Below are positions 24,179 to 34,623 of a stretch of DNA of 64,000 nucleotides, in pieces (position 1 is the first letter of the stretch; every line of letters begins with the position of its first letter). The notes under the pieces are model-generated. The model was not told the origin of the DNA and ran no database searches. It saw nothing but the letters and a program-made list of their open reading frames with translations. This DNA is from Anolis carolinensis (Eukaryota): NCBI RefSeq assembly GCF_035594765.1, contig NC_085841.1:75501574-75565573 (forward strand), written 5' to 3'. A program made the position numbers and the translations under genes.

Positions 24179-24339
24179 CAGGGCCATAGCCAGAGGGATG
24201 AGGTTTAAAGTTCAACCCCCACTCAAAATGTGTCAGGTTAAAAAAATTGGTTTACTCATAAATTGGTTAACCAGTTAAAATTCATGAGTAAACCAGGAGT
24301 TGAACCCTCCCCCCCTCCCCCCGCCGGGCTATGGCCCTG
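24179..24339. mobile_element. Short MITE with CAGGGCCATAGCC TIRs
   Basis: CAGGGCCATAGCC ... GGCTATGGCCCTG, perfect 13-bp inverted ends; TSD unclear. Confidence 0.7.
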
Positions 24340-24395
24340 TATAATTTGCTATATTACATGGGTTGTTAATACATCCTGTTATTTGTCTTCTACAG

Positions 24396-24539
24396 TTACT
24401 TAAGGAAGAAGTATTTAGTCATAGTACGCTTCTAGAGACTATTGAAGTTAAAGGCATGGGCATGACTGAACATTATGTAACTCAACTGGAACTTCAGGAC
24501 ATTCGAGAGAGATACCAGTTTCTCAAAGACAGGATAATG
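24396..24539 (+). CDS. SYNE1: SYNE1 exon w15 (144 nt, 0-0)
   Basis: tctacag|TTACTT...ATAATG|gtatta; LLKEEVFSHSTLLETIEVKG. Confidence 0.91.
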
Positions 24540-24798
24540 GTATTATTTCTTTTTTAAATGCACCAAGCTTTCTTCTTAACTATGTTAATTTAGAGGTGTT
24601 GAGAGATTATTTTTAAAATGTAGTGGCAAGTGCACCTAATTTACTAAATCAAAAGTGCTTGCAAAATATTTGTCTCTTTTCTAAATGTTTGTAAAACACC
24701 AAAGCAGTCCCTTCCCTCATAACATCCAATCACTGACATATTTCATTTGTGTCAGACAGCCTATTTTCCTAGCCCTAATGTGACATTTCTGATAACAG

Positions 24799-24963
24799 GG
24801 AGCAATAGCTAAAGCAGAAGAAATGGTTCATCTGCATAATGAATACCAAAGAAACCTTAAAGCCTTTGAAATCTGGTTAGAAAAAGAACAGGAGAAACTC
24901 AACTGTTTATCCCATCTTGAAGGTGATATGGAGAGGCATGAAGCAACACTCCGAGAACTCCAG
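24799..24963 (+). CDS. SYNE1: SYNE1 exon w16 (165 nt, 0-0)
   Basis: ataacag|GGAGCA...CTCCAG|gtagat; GAIAKAEEMVHLHNEYQRNLKAFEIW. Confidence 0.91.
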
Positions 24964-26453
24964 GTAGATTTGATTACATACATGTATTTTGTACTAATAA
25001 AAATGACTGAGGTGAGTACAGCCTGCAAAAACAGAATCAAAAAACACTGTGTGTGTCTCCTTTCTTTAAGAGAAATTACCCTGTTCAGCACTCTAGCCAG
25101 CTTTAAATATGAAGCTGGAGATACAGTTCAGGCTGGAGGGAGAAGAAACATGCAGGATATTTTTTTAAAGTGGCTTCCCATTTCTTTTTAACTGTTGTTT
25201 CAGTAATATATACATCCTTCAGGCTGTTCAAATTGTTTGGAAGGGTAGGTTAAAATATTACCCTTCCTTTTAATTTTAAACCTGTACATTTCTGTATGTC
25301 TAAGAAAACAGCAGAGTATGTAAATACCACTACATAATATTTAAATTGCTATATTTCCCATCACTGAATCATGCATTGAACTATGTGAGAGGGCTTTAAC
25401 ACAGCCATTTAATCCAGAGTATAAAGAGGGTTTTAAAGACCTGTTACTTTCTGGAGTCTCCACCTGGCTCAATTACCCCAGAACAGTCCTCCCAGGGCAC
25501 CCGCATTAATCTAGAATAATATAGAGCAGCGGGATATCTGCCTGAAGTTTTCCACCATTTTCCCCTCACATAGTCACAGAGATTGTGCAGAGTATGGAAT
25601 TCCTGGGGTTTTTAAAATGCTATTGTGTGCTGGTGCCATTCACACCAGCGCAATGTACCGAAATCTCATGAAGTCTTGCATTTTCTGCATACTAGGGGAA
25701 TATAATGGGCTCTATTACAATGCATCTTTCAACAGAACCTGGATTTTTCACACTTTTTAAAACACAGGTTTTTCCCATTTAGTGTGGTTCCAGTCAGATT
25801 ATGGGGTTGTGTCATTTGACTATCCCCCACACCATTTATATTCCACTTCCAAATGGATTATAAGACCTATGTAGATATGACCAGAGTTAACAATGAGAAG
25901 GAATTATTATATCCACGGTGTGGTAATATACATCAGCAGATGACATTTTGTTTAGTGTCACTGGATATTTGTAGGTACATGGAAATTAGATGGATAGATT
26001 TTAACTGTATGTTGATCAGTTCTGGGAACATAGATAACTCAAATCTGGGTAGGAAACATATAGCTTTTCTGATGTTGTAGGATTGGAACTCCCATTAATA
26101 GCAGTGTATGTGTGGTGTGTGTGCAACTGTTTGTTTATATATGTGCCTTCAAAACACCTGACAGGTTATGGTGATCCCATGTTTTTTGAGGGCTTTCTTA
26201 AGTAAAGAATATTCAAGTGTAGTTTTGACAGTTCTTCTATCTGAAATATATTCTAGAAGCTTGTATTTATTAGTGACCTCCCATGCAAATACTAATCAGA
26301 GCTGTTTCTGCTTATTTTCCAAGAGCAGACAGGATATGGTGCCTTTAGGGTATTTATGCAAGCAGCATAGAAAATGGCAAAGCATGATGGCATTCCTAAC
26401 TTGGCTTAAAATATCTTTAAATGAGTTTCTAATAAAACACATAAATCTTTTCA

Positions 26454-27724
26454 TGTCAAGAGTCAGACGCCAGTTAACAAACAAAACAGTTTATTCTGAA
26501 GATAAGCCAAAAATAACACAAAAACAAGCCATGCTATTTTCCCATGCTGGCATTCAATAAAAACTAAGGACGCTTCAATTCAGCTTAGAAGAAACAAATA
26601 GAGTTGACTGCAAGATAACATGCAAAATAAACGAAGGCTTGCAACTTTCCAAAAGCTGCAGAGTATAACAAAGTGCAAAAGCTTCTTTTAGCTCCAAACC
26701 GTTTCTGAAAACAGACAGCCGGCTCTGCAGAGTTAAAGGGACAGTTCCCAAAAGAAAAACAGCAAACTGGCTTAAAAACAAACAAACTAGAAGAGCAGTA
26801 AACTGCTTCCACAGTGCAGATAAAGCCGAAGCTTCAAAGGGATTATGAATAGCCGTCGTCAGGAGAATCCAAGGTCAGGTCGAGAGGCAGCAGCAAATTC
26901 CAGAAGTCAGAAGCCAGGAGTAGTCGTCAGTCAGGGAGCGTAGACAGAAGCCAGGTCAAATTCAATCCAAAGTCTGAAGAGGGTGCAGTCATCCAAACCA
27001 GATCCACGATAAGACACAGCGAGAGCCAAGCCAGATGGTATCAGCAGCTAGAAATAGTAATCAGAATGCAGTCCAAGGAAACCCACACAGTTCCATCCCT
27101 CTGCTGCAGAGCAGTCCCAGATAACTTACATCCGAATCACAGTCCAAGTCCAGTCTTCACGGAAACACAGAGATCCCAATGGCGCCTCAGCAACACCTTG
27201 CCACACGCAAAGTGCAATGGCCAAACATTCCCATTTTATTCCCCTTCCTCCTGGGTGACCAAACACTCACACCCAAACACCAGGTGTCCCAAATCTACTC
27301 AGAGTCCGAACTCCACACAGCTAGAGCTCGTGGATCTGGAGTACCTAGCAATTCATCGGAGTCCCAATCATCCTGCCCACACTTAGCCCCGTGAACACTT
27401 AAAGAACCATCCTCCCTTCTCCAAGCATCCCAAGTGGGATCAGCTCCTGCAGAAACCCCAGGTTCAGTAGTATCCATAGGCCCCAAATCCCCAGACATCT
27501 CTGGTGGCTGTGCCCATTCAGTGCCCACTTCCCCAGCCACCACCTGTTCCTCAGCATCCATTTCCCCAAACTCCCCATCTGAATCTTCCTCAGAAGATCC
27601 CCCATATAGCTCTCTAAGTCGCTTCCTGCACAACTCCTCCAGTGAACCCTCATCACGAGGGTTTTTTCTTCCTCTTCGGATCCCATCACCATCAACCATA
27701 ATCCCCGAAGGCGCAGTCACAACA
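26454..27724 (-). mobile_element. Solo LTR (Gypsy-like), 1,271 bp
   Basis: - strand TGTTGTGAC...TTGACA; 5-bp TSD tttca at 26449-26453 and 27725-27729; AATAAA near 3' end; homologous to 31388..32702. Confidence 0.8.
27295..27720 (-). CDS. LTR-encoded acidic protein segment (141 aa), function unknown
   Basis: Homologous to 31388..31898 with synonymous-biased substitutions; basic RRGRKNPR...RKRLRE motif followed by D/E/S-rich tract. Confidence 0.55.
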   Translation of the reverse strand: MTAPSGIMVDGDGIRRGRKNPRDEGSLEELCRKRLRELYGGSSEEDSDGEFGEMDAEEQVVAGEVGTEWAQPPEMSGDLGPMDTTEPGVSAGADPTWDAWRREDGSLSVHGAKCGQDDWDSDELLGTPDPRALAVWSSDSE

Positions 27725-28015
27725 TTTCATATGCTGTTCATGCATGGAAGAGCAAAGTCCCCCCCCCTCCTCCGGCGCTGGATAACTTTATTAAAGTTCA
27801 TATTTAGTGTTCTTGGGTAGAAATGTTCATCTGCACAAAAAGAAAGATGGTTTCACTAAAAAAGATTGTTTGATAATTTTGCACTATCATAATCTTTTTC
27901 ACAAAAGGCACAACATCTTCCAAATGTTTGTGACCATTCTTTCAACAGTTTGCCTCATTGTGTTAAAGCATTATTTCTTATCACAGTCAATCACAGTCAA
28001 GAAAATTTGTAAGTA

Positions 28016-28360
28016 CAGTAGAGTCTCGCTTATCCAACATAAACAGGCCGGCAGAACATTGGATAAGCGAAAATGTTGGATAATAAAGAGGGATTAAGGA
28101 ATTAGCCTATTAAATGTCAAATTATGTTATGATTTTACAAATTAAGCACCAAAACATCATGTCTTACAACAAATCAACAGAAAAAGCAGTTCAATACATG
28201 GTAACGTTATGTAGTAATTATTATATTTATGAATTTAGCACCAAAACATCCCAATGTATTGAAAACATTGACTACAAAAACATTGACTACTAAAAGGCAG
28301 ACTGCATTGGATAATACAGAACACTGGATAAGTGAATGTTGGATAAGCGAGAGATTACTG
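28016..28360. mobile_element. Tc1/mariner-type MITE
   Basis: TA|CAGTAGAGTCTCGCTTATCCAAC ... GTTGGATAAGCGAGAGATTACTG|TA. Confidence 0.85.
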
Positions 28361-28454
28361 TATAAGCTATGTCTCCAGTTCCTAGCATATTCCAGTATAT
28401 ACCTCTAATATGGAATGAGTGATTGATTAATGCCATAATTTAATAATTTTTTAG

Positions 28455-28772
28455 GAATTACAAGTGGAGTGTGCTGACGGACAGGCATTGCTTAATGCAG
28501 TACTTCATATTAGGGAGCAAGTAATCCCATGGGGTGTGCCCCAGTTGGAAGACAGAATACTAGAGTCTGTACGTCAAGACTGGACAGTCTATCAACATAA
28601 GCTTTCTGAAGTCAGAACACAATTAAACACTACCCTAAGCAAAGTGAGGCTCATGGAAAACAAATTTCTGAAGGTGGATGAATGGCTTCAAACTCTGGAG
28701 GAGAAAGTTAACATCAGAACTGGCCGACAATCTGACAGAGCCACAAAGGAAATGCAGTTGCAACAAATGAAG
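28455..28772 (+). CDS. SYNE1: SYNE1 exon w17 (318 nt, 0-0)
   Basis: tttttag|GAATTA...ATGAAG|gtgata; ELQVECADGQALLNAVLH...QLQQMK. Confidence 0.92.
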
Positions 28773-29153
28773 GTGATAAAGTTATATAATGATTATTTAT
28801 AATGAATTGGTGTAAATGGATTTAAAATTCTTCTGAATGATCTGTCAGCCAGCTAGCCAACCAACTTATTTTAGATGGGTAGGAACCAATCTCATTCTAT
28901 AAACAAACATCTTTCTGCAAAATGTTTTTATGTCCTCTCCTGAGAAATATCGATTTTCTTTTTAAAAGTTTCTTCATTCTTCCATGTCTCTTTTTGTTAA
29001 ATAAAAAGAATAACATTCTCTGATCAAAACTGCATGGTTTATAGTATGTATTTTATATAATGAGAAACCTGTTTCCAATTTTCTCTTTTTTATTTTAAAA
29101 TCCTAAAAGCCACATTTGTCATTTTGTCTGAAAATACAATTTCTTTCCTTTAG

Positions 29154-29309
29154 AAATGGCATGAAGAAATAACAGTCTATAAAGATGAAGTTGAAGAAGT
29201 GGGACTATTAGCCCAGCAAATTCTGGAAGAAAGTAATACTTGTAGTGCGACTGGAAGACAAGCTACCCACCTTGCATCTCGATACCAAACCCTTATTCTT
29301 CATGTATTA
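29154..29309 (+). CDS. SYNE1: SYNE1 exon w18 (156 nt, 0-0)
   Basis: cctttag|AAATGG...GTATTA|gtgagt; KWHEEITVYKDEVEEVGLLAQQILEE. Confidence 0.92.
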
Positions 29310-29472
29310 GTGAGTTCTGAGTGAATATCCCATAATCCATCGTTTTTGTGCCATGGACATACTCTGGCCTGTCATTTATATCATGTGAATTCTAACTTTG
29401 AGATAACTTAATTTCAGCATCGGACCATGGGCAGTTTGCTTCAACTTGCAGTTTCTTCACTGAATTTCCAAC

Positions 29473-30339
29473 CAGGGCCGGTTGTTACTAGGCGGCCGCG
29501 GACGCGGCCGCCTCGGGCGCTGGCTGCTAGGGGCGCCATTCGGGCCTGACTTCCTGGTCGCGGCCGGCGATCGCCCGGGCGGTCGCCGGCCGCGACCAGG
29601 AAGTCAGGCCCGAATGCCCTAGCTGTGCTGTGCGCGTGCGCACAGCACAGCTAGGCCATTTTGCCCTTAGTAACAAACTAAGGGCAAAAATGGCTTCTCT
29701 GGCTGTGCGCATGCGCACAGCCAGAGAAGCCATTTTTGCCCTTAGTTTGTTACTAAGGGCAAAATGGCCTAGGTGTGCTGTGCGCACGCGCACAGCACAC
29801 CTAGGCCATTCGGGCCTGACTTCCTGGTCGCGGCCGGCGACCGCCCGGGCGATCGCCGGCCGCGACCAGGAAGTCAGGCCCGAATGGGCTATCTGCGCTG
29901 TGCCCGTGCGCACAGCGCAGATAGCCCATTCGGGCCTGACTTCCTGGTCGCGGCCGGCGATCGCCCGGGCGGTCGCCGGCCGCGACCAGGAAGTCAGGCC
30001 CGAATGGCCTAGGTGTGCTGTGCGCGTGCGCACAGCGCACCTAGGCCATTTTGCCCTTAGTAACAAACTAAGGGCAAAAATGGCTTATCTGGCTGTGCGC
30101 ATGCGCACAGCCAGATAAGCCATTTTTGCCCTTAGTTTGTTACTAAGGGCAAAATGGCCACGCTGGGCGGGGGCGGGGCCAACTGTGGCCCCGCCCCCCC
30201 TCACTAATCGCCCTGGCCCCGCCTCCCACGCAGCGTGGGAGGCGGGGCCAGGGCACGCTGGGCGGGGCCAGGGCGCGGGTGGCGGGGGCGCTTTTCAGCA
30301 CCCCCGCTTCCCATTAAAAAATATCTCCGGCCGGCCCTG
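29473..30339. mobile_element. hAT MITE, 867 bp, CpG-rich, built from nested palindromes
   Basis: TIR CAGGGCCGG/CCGGCCCTG; perfect 8-bp TSD tttccaac at 29465-29472 and 30340-30347. Confidence 0.9.
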
Positions 30340-30603
30340 TTTCCAACTAAGCTCTCCACTGGTCACATAACTGAAGAGAATGTCTATATTAAAAAATATT
30401 GGAAGAACCCAGGATTTTATTTGCATAGCATTTTGCAGATGTACACTAAATACTTCAACATTGCTAACCCCCCAAACCAAGATCCTTGATACAGTAGTCA
30501 GTACCATTGCATGGTGTTTTTGCGGAGCTTTATAAATATGCATAAGCAGATCAGTAAGACAGATGTTTATGTGCATGTGTGGTATGTGAAGATCCTCAGT
30601 AAC

Positions 30604-30607
<4 letters not shown>

Positions 30608-30684
<77 letters not shown>

Positions 30685-30686
30685 TA
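30608..30686. repeat. Compound (TA)n(CA)n microsatellite
   Basis: Direct reading. Confidence 0.95.
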
Positions 30687-31387
30687 CTATAGACGTACAC
30701 ATGTTTCTGGGGATCATTGATCGTAGGGTGGGTAATTTCGCCAACTATCTGTGTTTCTGTTCATGGGGTCATAATGGCACATGTTCCAATTCTTTTTATT
30801 TTATTTTTTTGCAATGCTTGCATTTTCATTGTTCTTAGAACGTTTTTAGAGTTCAAGCCCCAGAACTTCCCAGCTCTCTGAATTGCCTCCACAAATGTTA
30901 ATACTTTCCACATTCCCTAAGATACATGGAGGCGTTTTTGCTATCTCCATGTACATATGGGGTTTGAAGATTGGACTGTTTTAGGCCCATATGGAGATCT
31001 TTATTTAACAAGAAAGAATAACTCAATTTCCAGTTTATGTCTATGCATGGGTAAATTAACATATTCCTGTAAAAATAACAGAGTATGTTGAGGCCCTGGG
31101 GACTTAGTCCTGTCCCTGCTCTGAGGTCTTACAGCTTTCGGGCCCAGCTCTTCTTGGCATGTCACCAGAATTGAGACAGTAGCTTTCACAGTGTTCTAAA
31201 TGTACAAGGTATTCAGAAGATATGTCTGTTCAGGGTTGGAGAGGCATATGATGTGTTGTGGATCAGGCCCATTTAAACAACCAACTGGACTCCCAACTCA
31301 CCATCCCTTTTCTTGCATATGAGGTGTGAAGAAAGCTTATATTATCCAGAGAAACAGAACAACATGCTTTACTCTAGGCACTGATAT

Positions 31388-31898
31388 TGAGAATGAGTCT
31401 TCTGAGGCTGTGAGTGATAATGGAGGGATCAGGAGAGGAAGGAAGAACCCTCGCGAGGAGGGCTCGCTGGAAGATTTACACAGGAAGAGAATCAGGGAGA
31501 TTAATGGGGAGTCTTCCGAGGAGGATTCATGTGGGGACTTGGGAGGGGATCTTGAGCTGGAAATGGATGCTGAGGAACCAGTGGTGACAGAGGAAGTTGG
31601 CATAGATTGGGCACGGGCTCCGGAGGATCTTGGGGAGGAATCTGGGTCCATGGATGCTGTAGATGCTGGAGAGGCTTGGGTATCTTCAGAAGCAGATCCC
31701 ACATGGTCTGCCTGGAGGAATGAGGGTAGTTCCACAGGTGTGGACAGAGTTGGGTTTGGGCAGGATGATGTTGATTCTGATGAGGAGTTTGGGACGCCTG
31801 ATCCTAGGGCGTTGGCTGTTTGGAGCTCAGATTCTGTTGAGAAACTTTGGACATCTGACCCTAGGGCGTTGGAAGTTTGGATGCCCAAGGAAACCTAA
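31388..31898 (+). CDS. LTR-encoded acidic protein segment (~170 aa inside the LTR), function unknown
   Basis: LTR part of ORF 31326..31898; aligns with 27295..27720 (GIRRGRKNPR.EGSLE, SSEEDS, EMDAEE, ADPTW.AWR, GTPDPRALAVWSSDS). Confidence 0.55.
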
Positions 31899-32702
31899 AT
31901 AAATTGGGGATGTTTGGCCACTATTCTTTGCGTGTAGCAAGGTGTTGCTGGGCGCCATTGGGTTTCCTGTACGTGATTCTGAAGACTGGCTTGGGACTTT
32001 GCAACAGATCTGCTGTTTGCCTTTGTTGCCTTGGCTTTTTGTGCCATCCCTTGACGTGGACCTTCCTGTGACGACTTCACCCTTTGGACCTTGGACTGAA
32101 TCTCGACTTGGCTTATCTCTTCACTCCCAAACTCGGCTTGGCATCGTTCTAATATCCGTGACTGTCTACCGTAGCTGACTGCTGGCTTCATTTCTGACCC
32201 TGACGCTGTTCCCTTATCCCGACTTCGGACCGGCTTGACTTCGCTACAACGCTACGCTCCTTTGGCTCCTGGCTTGGCTTCCGACTCTGCAGCGGCTTGC
32301 CGCTAAATCATCAGCGTTTTCCTGTTTTGTTTGTTTGTGCTGCTTTTGGCAAAGAGCTTTTAACCTGGTTTGGGTTTTTTCCTCAGTTTAGAATCGCTGC
32401 TGTACTCCTGGGTTTTGGGGAAAGTTTTGGGGCTTTGCAGTGATTTACCTTTGTTTGTTTTGCCATTTTAAGCCCATTTTGTGTCTTTGGGCTGAGTTCA
32501 AGTACTTTATGTTAAATCCGGATTATATCTCTGATTAATCCGGATTATATGCCAGTTCATGTTTTTGGTGTTTTTTCTGTTTTGACTGCTTAATAACACT
32601 GAAGGTTAAGTGTTTTAAGCCTCTGACAATTTACTGAGTTATTTTTGAGTTGTTACTTAAATAAACTATATTTTGCTCTCAGTTGGCATCTGACCTTTGA
32701 CA
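31388..32702 (+). mobile_element. Solo LTR (same family as 26454..27724), ~1,315 bp
   Basis: TGAGAATG...CTTTGACA; candidate 5-bp TSD gatat at 31383-31387 and 32703-32707; AATAAA at ~32660; 5' boundary uncertain by ~3 nt. Confidence 0.75.
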
Positions 32703-33470
32703 GATATAGTTTATTTAAAGAAATGTTTTTATTAAGTTCCAACCAAAAAGCATACATCATCAAAAGGGACAAAGAAAAAGGGTACACTTAAAGCAGGCAA
32801 ACATTGCATAATACAATTAAATAATAATAATAAAAGACATTCCTTCAGTGTCTTGTCTAGACTGCCTTCCTTCCCTTTGAAGTAGAAGCTATTCCTTAAT
32901 CATCTTGCACTCCATTTAGTGAAAAGAAAATGTAACTACTTAATGTTTATTTTTTGTTCACAGAGACTACTATCACTTCCTTATTTCCTCTAATGTTGAA
33001 TTCTTTAAGATTTTTACAATCTTTTTTATATAATTACTAGATATTCTCACAAATTTCCTGTTATATTTATTGGTAGAAATTTTCTACTCTTCCACTTGTA
33101 AGACATATTCCTTTAAACATTTCTCTACTTTCTCCCATTCTTTCAACACCTTGTTTAGAGACTGCCCTTCATTATCCTAGATTATTTTTCCATTTTGATA
33201 TGAGGGTGATCTCACATCTGTCACCCATTATCTCTAGGGTTGATAGGCTCAGTTTATGACACTGAGCAGGTAAGTGATTGAAGTAGAATAAAAATGCTTG
33301 TAATTTTGTTTCTTAATGGGAATAAGTAATCTAGTAACAATAAAAAGTAACTGCATTTCCCTATCCCTGTTTTATTTAAAAGAATATTATTTTGTAGCCA
33401 CTAATACATTTTTAGGAATTAAGAAATGAGTGAATAGCAAACCTTACTCCTATTTGAAATTTGCTTGCAG

Positions 33471-33641
33471 GAACAAATAAAATTCCTTGAAGAAGAAATT
33501 CGTAGTATGGAGGAATCTGAACTTGCTTTCAGTGCTTACAAAGAATGGTTTGGAGCTACACACAGAAAATTCAGCAATGTGATCACAAAATTTGAAGTAG
33601 TAGATAAAGCAGCAATGGAGAAGAAAATGCAGAAACTTGAG
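33471..33641 (+). CDS. SYNE1: SYNE1 exon w19 (171 nt, 0-0)
   Basis: cttgcag|GAACAA...CTTGAG|gtatag; EQIKFLEEEIRSMEESE. Confidence 0.92.
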
Positions 33642-34296
33642 GTATAGTTTATGGGCAATCTGAATGTATCCTTGGATAGTCTTGGGGAAAAATAACAACT
33701 AAGGAATTACCAGAATATCACTAAAATTGGGATTTAGAAATAACAAATGAAACAGCATAGAGAATTTGAAATCTATCCCATACCAGAAAAACATTCCAGT
33801 AATCAGAATGCCCAGTTCTGAAAGAAAATTAATTCATATATTAACTTTCCTGGTATGAACCTTTAATTGATATTTCTTTGCTAATTAAGCAATTTCCTTA
33901 TAAATGCAGCCTCTTAATTTTTCCACAGTCAGATCAGAAAATGCCTAATCAACGATGGTTTCTCATTTTATCTGAACTTTATCTGAATTTTATTACAAAC
34001 CTGCATAACAAACCAACTTTTATTTATGGTTTAATACTGTGTCTTGTTCTGGAACCAATTATCTCTCATTCAGATATGAAAACACAATTAGTCACAAATA
34101 TCCTGGGTTAGCTGTGGTAAAGCAAGGAGTGTGGTGGCTTCATACATGGCTAAACTTGTTGCCCATAAGTTGGTTAATTGCCTGACATTTAATAATTAAA
34201 AGGATTGTGTCAGTAGGAATAAAGCTGAATCTGCACAAATGAGTTACTGTTTGGTTCCACTGAAAACTATTTATTTTCTACATTTGTTGTTTGCAG

Positions 34297-34623
34297 GAAC
34301 TCATGAGTGACATGGATATTGGTCACAATTTGCTGAAATCTTCCCGTGAGAAAGGAGAGAAAGTTATGAAATATATGGAAGGAGATGAAGCTGAGCAGTT
34401 AAAAAAGGAGATCAGAGGCTGTATGGAGCAACTTGATAAGATGACTTTTTCTATCAGAAAAGAGCACACAACATTAGAGAAGTGTCTCCATTTAACAAAA
34501 GAGTTCTTAGATAAGTACAAAGTACAAACCCAGTGGCTGTCAGAGTATCAGAGTTTACTGCACACAGCGGTGGATCCTAAAATGGAGTTGTTTGAGAAAA
34601 AGGCACAGTTATCCAAATACAAG
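34297..34623 (+). CDS. SYNE1: SYNE1 exon w20 (327 nt, 0-0)
   Basis: tttgcag|GAACTC...TACAAG|gtgagc; ELMSDMDIGHNLLKSSREKG. Confidence 0.92.

Noticed and set aside
29527-30118. Arg/Ala-rich ORFs of 79-179 aa on both strands
   Set aside because: By-products of GC-rich palindromes; the same peptide reads from both strands and there is no splice or homology support.
29535-30159. CRISPR-like array of palindromic repeats
   Set aside because: Eukaryotic intron, no unique spacers, no cas genes; bounded by hAT TIRs and an 8-bp TSD.
30295-30744. ORFs with CVCV/IYIY/THTH runs
   Set aside because: Translation of the (TA)n(CA)n microsatellite.
27434-31888. Ser/Pro-rich antisense ORFs in both LTRs (27434..27820 +, 31337..31888 -)
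   Set aside because: They share wobble positions with the acidic frame, so they stay open passively; first-position CGA/AGA changes are silent only in the acidic frame.
32710-33230. Possible L1/Tx1 3' fragment on the - strand (similar A-rich stretch at ~44200-44900)
   Set aside because: Too decayed to support a family call or boundaries without a search.
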